Positions 58,279 to 64,000 of a stretch of 64,000 nucleotides of DNA are shown here, piece after piece. Each line of letters starts with the position of its first letter. Positions within the stretch are counted from its first letter, which is position 1. This DNA is from Microgenomates group bacterium ADurb.Bin219 (GTDB taxonomy: Bacteria > Patescibacteriota > Microgenomatia > UM-FILTER-40-11). The translations under genes were made by a program, and so were the position numbers. The stretch is taken from assembly GCA_002069945.1 (NCBI GenBank), contig MWCH01000001.1, forward strand, positions 90,923-154,922. Direction: 5' to 3'. The notes beneath the pieces were generated by a model that worked only from the letters and a program-made list of their open reading frames with translations, was not told the origin of the DNA and did no database searches.

Positions 58279-59160
58279 ATGAACTTTATGCGTTTTAAAT
58301 GGTTTTACTTTTTGCTTTCGGCAATCGTAATTTTACCGGGATTTTTTTCCCTGGTTAAATACGGGCTAAGGCCTTCGGTTGATTTTACCGGCGGCAGTGT
58401 TTGGGAATTGAAATTTAAAGAGACGGCAATAGAAGATAAACGGGCGGTTATTGATAAGGTTTTAAAGGAAAGCAAGGTGGAAGTTAATTCTCTGCAGTTT
58501 TTTGGAGAAAAGCAGATTTTAGTTAAGATGAAACCCGTAACCAAAGAAGATGTTTCTTCGGCCAAGGCCGTCTTGGCAAAAGAGCTGGAAGAAATGCCGG
58601 AAGAAATTCGTTTTGAGGTTGTCGGCCCGGTTTTGGGAGGCGAATTGGTCAAAAAGACGATTACGGCCGTTATTTTGGCCTCGGCGGTGATTTTGATATA
58701 TATTGCCTGGCAGTTTAAGGATTTGATGTTTGGCGCCTGTGCGGTTTTGGGTATGTTTCATGACACTTTGGTTATTTTGGGAATATTCAGCCTTTTGGGG
58801 CATTATTCTGGAGTGGAGATTGATACCTTATTTGTGACCGCAATGCTGACGATTCTTTCTTTTTCCGTTCACGATACTGTTGTCGTTTATGACCGGATCC
58901 GCGAATCCCAGAAAAGGTATCCGAAGGTTCCTTTTGCCGAACTGGTAAACAAGGCGGTAACGGAGACATTGCCCCGTTCTATCAATAATTCAATGACTAT
59001 CATTTTTATGTTGATTGCCCTTTGGCTTTTGGGAGGAGAAACAATCAAATGGTTTGCTTTTGCTCTCTTGGTGGGAACCGTTTCGGGAACTTATTCCTCA
59101 ACTTTTACTTCGGCTCCTTTATTGGTGGTTTGGCAACAAATAAGATCCCGCAGAAATTAA
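58279..59160 (+). CDS. secF: Protein translocase subunit SecF
   Basis: SecF fold; GILADL-like FHDTLVILGIFSL... Confidence 0.92.
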   Translation: MNFMRFKWFYFLLSAIVILPGFFSLVKYGLRPSVDFTGGSVWELKFKETAIEDKRAVIDKVLKESKVEVNSLQFFGEKQILVKMKPVTKEDVSSAKAVLAKELEEMPEEIRFEVVGPVLGGELVKKTITAVILASAVILIYIAWQFKDLMFGACAVLGMFHDTLVILGIFSLLGHYSGVEIDTLFVTAMLTILSFSVHDTVVVYDRIRESQKRYPKVPFAELVNKAVTETLPRSINNSMTIIFMLIALWLLGGETIKWFAFALLVGTVSGTYSSTFTSAPLLVVWQQIRSRRN

Positions 59161-60530
59161 TTACTTGAAGTTTTAACTTCTTTTAGAAGGACCGATCGTT
59201 GATTTTTTATTTCTCCTTTTTCCACTTTTTCAAAAATTTGGTTTAAAATTTGTCCGACTTGCTTACCCGGTTTAAGACCGAGAATTTTCATTACGTCATA
59301 GCCGTCTATTTTTAAATCGGAAACGGAAAAAGGCTGTTTTTGAACTTCAATTAATCTTTGCTTGAATTTTTCCAAGCGCCAGGAAGTTTCCCTTGCGCCG
59401 CCGCCGAGACGGTCGCCGATACGCAGATCCAACATGTTCTGTAAATTTTCCTTGCCGACATTGCGGATGAATCTTCGGATAGCCGAATCGGTCTGTCTTT
59501 CGTCGCAGGTAAATTGGTGCCAACGGACCAAGTTTGTCAGTTTTTCCTTTTCCGTCTTGGAAAATTTGAGACGGTCGGCCAGATTTTCGGCCAGGCGGGC
59601 ACCCGCCATTTCGTGGTTGTAAAAAGTCCGGTTTTCGCCCTCGCCGCGGACGACTACCGGCTTACCGATATCGTGGATTAAAGTGGCCAGCCTGACAACC
59701 GGATCTTTGCTCGGGCAATACTTTAAAGAAAGCAAGGAATGATTCCAAACATCATAAAGATGGTGGCCTTTTTGGGCCATGCCGTAGCCCTTAATCAATT
59801 CGGGAATAATATAGGCAAGTAAGCCGGAGGTCATCAGGAGGGTTATTCCCTCGCTGGGATAATCGCTGGCCAATATTTTAAAAAGTTCTTCTCTGACTCT
59901 TTCCCGGGAAATTTTGTTTAGCAAAGAAGCGTTTTCTTTTATACCGCGGAAAGTATTATCTTCAATAACAAAGCCAAGCTGGGAAGCCAGCCGAACGGCC
60001 CTTAACATTCTTAAAGCATCTTCGGCAAATCTTTCGCTCGGGTTGCCGACAGCCCGGACAATTTTGTTTTTTAAATCTTCAAGTCCGCCGAATAAGTCAA
60101 TTAATTCAAATTCTTCTTCTTTTTGTTTCTTTCCAATGACAATGGCACTGATAGTAAATTCCCGGCGTTGTAAATCTTCTTCCAGGCTTTTGCCCCAAAA
60201 AACTTGGTCCGGATGGCGACTGTCGGAATAACCTCTTTCGCCGCGGTAAGTGGTAATTTCGTATTTTTCTTCCTTTTTACCTCTTTTGACAATTAAACCG
60301 ACGGTACCGAAACGGTTGTCGTAAAAACTGTCTGGGAAAAGAGTTTGGATTACTTCCGGATGGGCGTTCGTCGTAAAATCACAATTAATCGGGATTTTAT
60401 TAACCAGAATGTTTCTGACGCCGCCGCCGACCAGATAAATTTCATAACCGGCTTTTGTAAATTTTTCAAAAACCATCCTGACTTCCGGAGGAATTTTTTG
60501 AGCATTTTTGACTGGAAGAATGGTGCGCAT
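59157..60530 (-). CDS. cca: CCA-adding tRNA nucleotidyltransferase / poly(A) polymerase family with a C-terminal HD domain
   Basis: GGAVRD-like head (YLVGGGVRNIL), RRDFT-like, HD (LIHDIGK). Confidence 0.88.
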   Translation of the reverse strand: MRTILPVKNAQKIPPEVRMVFEKFTKAGYEIYLVGGGVRNILVNKIPINCDFTTNAHPEVIQTLFPDSFYDNRFGTVGLIVKRGKKEEKYEITTYRGERGYSDSRHPDQVFWGKSLEEDLQRREFTISAIVIGKKQKEEEFELIDLFGGLEDLKNKIVRAVGNPSERFAEDALRMLRAVRLASQLGFVIEDNTFRGIKENASLLNKISRERVREELFKILASDYPSEGITLLMTSGLLAYIIPELIKGYGMAQKGHHLYDVWNHSLLSLKYCPSKDPVVRLATLIHDIGKPVVVRGEGENRTFYNHEMAGARLAENLADRLKFSKTEKEKLTNLVRWHQFTCDERQTDSAIRRFIRNVGKENLQNMLDLRIGDRLGGGARETSWRLEKFKQRLIEVQKQPFSVSDLKIDGYDVMKILGLKPGKQVGQILNQIFEKVEKGEIKNQRSVLLKEVKTSSN

Positions 60531-60539
60531 GCTGCTAAA

Positions 60540-60640
60540 ATTATAGCACTTTAATGAATTAAAGGATTAACGGATTAAAAAATTAAAAGATTAACAAATT
60601 AAAATATTAACGGATTAACGAAATAACAAGATAACGATTT
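60540..60640. promoter_or_regulatory. AT-rich divergent cca/recJ intergenic region with about six copies of a GATTAAC / TTAACGGATTAA-type motif
   Basis: Visual: ...aaaGGATTAACGGATTAAaaaattaaaaGATTAACaaattaaaatATTAACGGATTAACgaaATAACaaGATAACgattt... Confidence 0.3.
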
Positions 60641-60645
60641 AATTT

Positions 60646-62328
60646 ATGAACTGGAAAATTATAAATGAACGGAAACCAGGAAACGGGAGAGCGAAGACGG
60701 AAGAAATAATTGAGATTCTCCTTAAAAATCGTGGCCTGAAAACCCGGAAGCAAATTGATGAGTTTTTATCTCCGATTGAACCGGAAGAATTAACGGCCAA
60801 AGACTTTGGCCTTAAACCGGAAGAAATTAAAAAGGCGGTCAAAAGGATTAAAAAAGCGATTAAAGAGACGGAACAAATTATTGTTTACGGCGATTACGAC
60901 GCCGACGGAATTTGCGCCACGGCCATATTGTGGGAAACCCTCTACCGCTTGACCAAAAAGGCCCTGCCTTATATTCCCGAAAGATTTGGCGAGGGCTACG
61001 GGTTTAACGAAGAGTCTTTAAACAAATTAAAAGAAAAATATCCCGATTTGAAGTTGATAATTGCCGTTGATCACGGAATTACGGAGGCAAAGAAAATTAA
61101 ATACGCAAAATCATTGGGAATTGAAGTTATTGTTTGCGATCACCATCAGCTCGGGAGCGAAATACCCGATTGCGCGGCGGTTATTCATACCGAAAAAGTT
61201 TGCGCCGCGGCGATTGCTTGGTATTTGACCAAAGAACTGGAAAAATCCGGATTGAAAACCCAAAACGATTTGGACTTAGTGGCTATTGCCACCATCGCCG
61301 ATTTACAGCCATTGATTGGAGTCAACCGGAATTTGGTTAAATTCGGATTGAAGGCGGTTAACGAAACCAAAAGATGCGGTTTGTTGGCGATCTTTGCCGA
61401 GGCGGGTTTAAAAGTTGGGGAAATCGGAACTTACGAAACAGGGTTTGTTATTGCCCCCCGTCTTAACGCCACGGGAAGGATGGAACACGCTTTGGAATCC
61501 TTAAGGCTGGTTTGTACTTCAAAACCGGACCAGGCGAGCAACCTGGCTTTAAAATTGGGTCAAACCAATCGGGAGCGCCAATTACTGACCGAAAAAACGG
61601 TCTTGGAAGCCAAAAAGATTTTAAAGGAAGAAAAAATGGGAAAATTGATTTTTTTAAGTTCCGAAAACTTTTTCGAAGGGATTATCGGTTTGGCTGCCGG
61701 AAAATTGACGGATGAATTTTCCCGACCGGCGATTGTGGTTTCCCGCGGCGAAGTTTATTCCAAAGCTTCGGCCAGGTCCGTTAGCGGCTTTAACATTATT
61801 GAGGCGATTAGGGCACAGTCGGATTTATTGGTTGATGCCGGCGGTCATCCGATGGCGGCCGGTTTTACCGTTGAAACAAACAAATTGGAAATTTTAAAGT
61901 CCAGATTGGAGGAATTGGCCGAAAAAGAATTGGCTGAATCGGACTTATTGAAAATTATCAAAATTGATTTGGAATTGGAACTGGCGGATCTGGATCATGA
62001 ATTATTCCGGGAAATCGGCAAATTGGCTCCTTTTGGTTTCGGCAATCCCGAGCCGGTTTTTGCGACCAGAAACGTAATCGTCGTTGACCCTCGGGTTGTC
62101 GGCAGCGAAGGAAAACACCTGAAGCTTGGTGTTTTTTCTTCTTCATCCCCGGCTTCCGGTTATCGGCCGCCGATTTTTAACGCAATTGCTTTTAATCAAG
62201 GTCATCTTTTATCCCGGTTGTCACCAAATCGGCCGGTGGATATTGCCTATACTCTTCAAATTAACCGCTGGAACGGCGAGGAAAAATTGGAATTAAAAAT
62301 AAAAGATATTTTATGGAAAAGCGTTTAA
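60646..62328 (+). CDS. recJ: Single-stranded-DNA-specific exonuclease RecJ
   Basis: DHH motifs (GDYDADG, VDHG, CDHH) and DHHA1 (GGHPMAAG). Confidence 0.93.
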   Translation: MNWKIINERKPGNGRAKTEEIIEILLKNRGLKTRKQIDEFLSPIEPEELTAKDFGLKPEEIKKAVKRIKKAIKETEQIIVYGDYDADGICATAILWETLYRLTKKALPYIPERFGEGYGFNEESLNKLKEKYPDLKLIIAVDHGITEAKKIKYAKSLGIEVIVCDHHQLGSEIPDCAAVIHTEKVCAAAIAWYLTKELEKSGLKTQNDLDLVAIATIADLQPLIGVNRNLVKFGLKAVNETKRCGLLAIFAEAGLKVGEIGTYETGFVIAPRLNATGRMEHALESLRLVCTSKPDQASNLALKLGQTNRERQLLTEKTVLEAKKILKEEKMGKLIFLSSENFFEGIIGLAAGKLTDEFSRPAIVVSRGEVYSKASARSVSGFNIIEAIRAQSDLLVDAGGHPMAAGFTVETNKLEILKSRLEELAEKELAESDLLKIIKIDLELELADLDHELFREIGKLAPFGFGNPEPVFATRNVIVVDPRVVGSEGKHLKLGVFSSSSPASGYRPPIFNAIAFNQGHLLSRLSPNRPVDIAYTLQINRWNGEEKLELKIKDILWKSV

Positions 62329-63790
62329 ACAAATTAATTGCCAAAATAAAAAAATACAATTCCCGGGCGGATTTTGAATTAATCAGGAAAGCTTACGAGT
62401 TTGCGACAATCGCTCATGCCAATCAAAAGCGTCTTTCGGGAGATCCGGTAATGGAACACCTGATGTCCATTGCCGAAATATTGGCCGAGCTGAAACTTGA
62501 TTCAACTTCAATCGCAACCGCTTTTTTGCACGATATTATTGAGGATACCGAAGTGACCAAAGAAGAATTGGAGAAGGAATTTGGAGCGGAAGTCGCTTTA
62601 TTGGTAGACGGAGTCAGTAAGGTCGGCCTTCTTAAATTAAGAGGAGAAAGACAAGCGGAGTTTGTGGAAAATTTAAGAAAGATGATATTGGTAATGGCTA
62701 AGGATTTGCGGGTGGTTTTTATCAAATTGGCAGACAGGTTGCACAATTTGCGGACTCTCCGATATTTGCCGGAGGAAAAACAATTCAGAATTGCCAAGGA
62801 AACTTTGGAAGTTTATGCGCCTTTGGCCGACCGGATGCAAATAGGCAAGCTAAAAGGAGAATTGGAGGATTTGGCTTTTCCTTATGTTTATCCGGAAGAA
62901 TACCGATGGTTGATTGAGACGGCTAAGCCTTTTTTAAAAAAAAGAGAAAGCGATTTGCGCGAGGCGATTAATTTATTGCAACAAAGCCTTTTAGACGAAA
63001 GGATTAAAGCGGAAGTTCACGGCCGGCCCAAACACCTTTATAGTCTTTACCGGAAGCTGCTCCGGCCGGAAATCGATCGGGAAATCGGGAAAATTCACGA
63101 TTTGATTGCCGTCAGAATTCTGGTTAAATCGGTTCGCGATTGCTATGCTTCTTTGGAGTGGTTCATAAAATTTGGCGGCCGGTTCCCCATGAGGGAATTT
63201 CCGATTTTATCGCCCAGCCGAAACCGAACGGTTACCGCTCAATTCACACAAAAGTTTTCGGTCCAAACGGAAGAATTATTGAAGTTCAAATAAGGACTTT
63301 TCAGATGCACGAAGAGGCGGAGAACGGAATTGCCGCCCATTGGCATTTTTCCGAAAAAAAAGAACAGGGAATCTCCGACGAAAAAGTCCAGAAGGGATTT
63401 TTTGCCCCGAATGATAAGTTGGCCTGGGTTAAGGAATTGGTCAATTGGCACCGGGAAATAGTTGATTCCAGCGAATTTCTTGACTCGCTAAAATTTGATG
63501 CTCTTGCTCATCGGATTTATGTCTTTTCTCCCAAGGGTGATGTTTACGATTTGCCTTTGGGCGCGACTCCGGTTGATTTTGCTTTTGCCGTTCATACGGA
63601 ATTAGGCCGAGAAGTTGACGGCGCCCGCATTAACGACAAGTTGGTTTCTCTTGCCACTAAACTTAAAAACGGAGACGTGGTGGAAATTATCAACAAAAAA
63701 CAAAGTCATCCTTCGGAGAGATGGTTGGAATTTGTCGTTACCACTTCCGCCAAACGGGAAATTTTAAAATATTTAAGGAAAAAGGTATAA
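62313..63790 (+). pseudogene. Small RelA/SpoT homolog (HD hydrolase + synthetase + TGS) interrupted by a 1-nt frameshift near 63145-63150
   Basis: Hydrolase motifs (HDIIEDT) run to ...DLIAVRILVKSVRDCY in frame A. The synthetase motif FGVVHKIWRPVP...DFIAQPKPNGYRSIHTKV...EVQIRTFQMHEEAENGIAAHW continues in frame B. A TGS-like segment lies at the end. Confidence 0.75.
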
Positions 63791-63831
63791 TTGTTGTTAT
63801 CGGCAAATTTTAATTTTTTGCCGAAAATTTT

Positions 63832-64000
63832 ATGACCAGGACACTAATTAAGGAAACGCCGGAAAAAATCGGCGAAGAGGTTCTTTTAAGAGGCTGGATT
63901 AACCGTTGCCGCGATCACGGAAAAATAATTTTTGTTGATTTGCGCGACCGGACGGGAATAATTCAGGTTGTCGGCGGCCAAGAGCTTAAGGATTTGCGTC
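63832..64000 (+). CDS. aspS: Aspartyl-tRNA synthetase, N-terminal anticodon-binding (OB) part, truncated by the window end
   Basis: [29 protein letters not shown] matches the AspRS N-terminus. Confidence 0.75.
   Translation, partial: MTRTLIKETPEKIGEEVLLRGWINRCRDHGKIIFVDLRDRTGIIQVVGGQELKDLR

Overview
The base composition is roughly 40% GC by eye and the window is densely coding. It reads like a Candidate Phyla Radiation (Patescibacteria)-type bacterial chromosome: the ribosomal-protein/translation super-cluster is almost collinear and lacks rpmD (L30), many r-proteins carry Lys-rich extensions, and some genes have weak or absent Shine-Dalgarno sequences. TGA and TAG are used as ordinary stop codons, so this is standard code 11.

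Gene order runs: ruvX' - mltG - rpoB - rpoC - rpsL - rpsG - [mscL and two tiny membrane ORFs] - fusA - tuf - rpsJ - (terminator) - rplC-D-W-B - rpsS - rplV - rpsC - rplP - rpmC - rpsQ - rplN-X-E - rpsN(Z) - rpsH - rplF-R - rpsE - rplO - secY - adk - map - infA - rpmJ - rpsM-K-D - rpoA - rplQ - rplM - rpsI. Housekeeping islands follow: recA-recX-rny, hup, an ABC-2 exporter, miaB-like, gpmA, eno, miaA, an AI-2E transporter, RNase P RNA, uppP, yifB, ksgA, secDF, cca, recJ, a small RelA/SpoT homolog and aspS'.

The non-housekeeping content that deserves attention is:
- two uncharacterised genes translationally coupled to rpsI, followed by a decayed GT-C glycosyltransferase pseudogene;
- a minus-strand protein with three zinc ribbons, a homing-endonuclease-associated repeat and a DUF559/Vsr-like nuclease tail, sitting next to an atypical tRNA-like cloverleaf (anticodon GGG) and a bidirectional terminator just upstream of recA;
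- a perfect 40-bp tandem duplication of the secY 3' end;
- a promoter-plus-terminator cassette between rpsJ and rplC;
- several near-leaderless promoters;
- a small DUF5679-like zinc-ribbon gene and other membrane proteins of unknown function.

No CRISPR array, transposase or rRNA gene is present.
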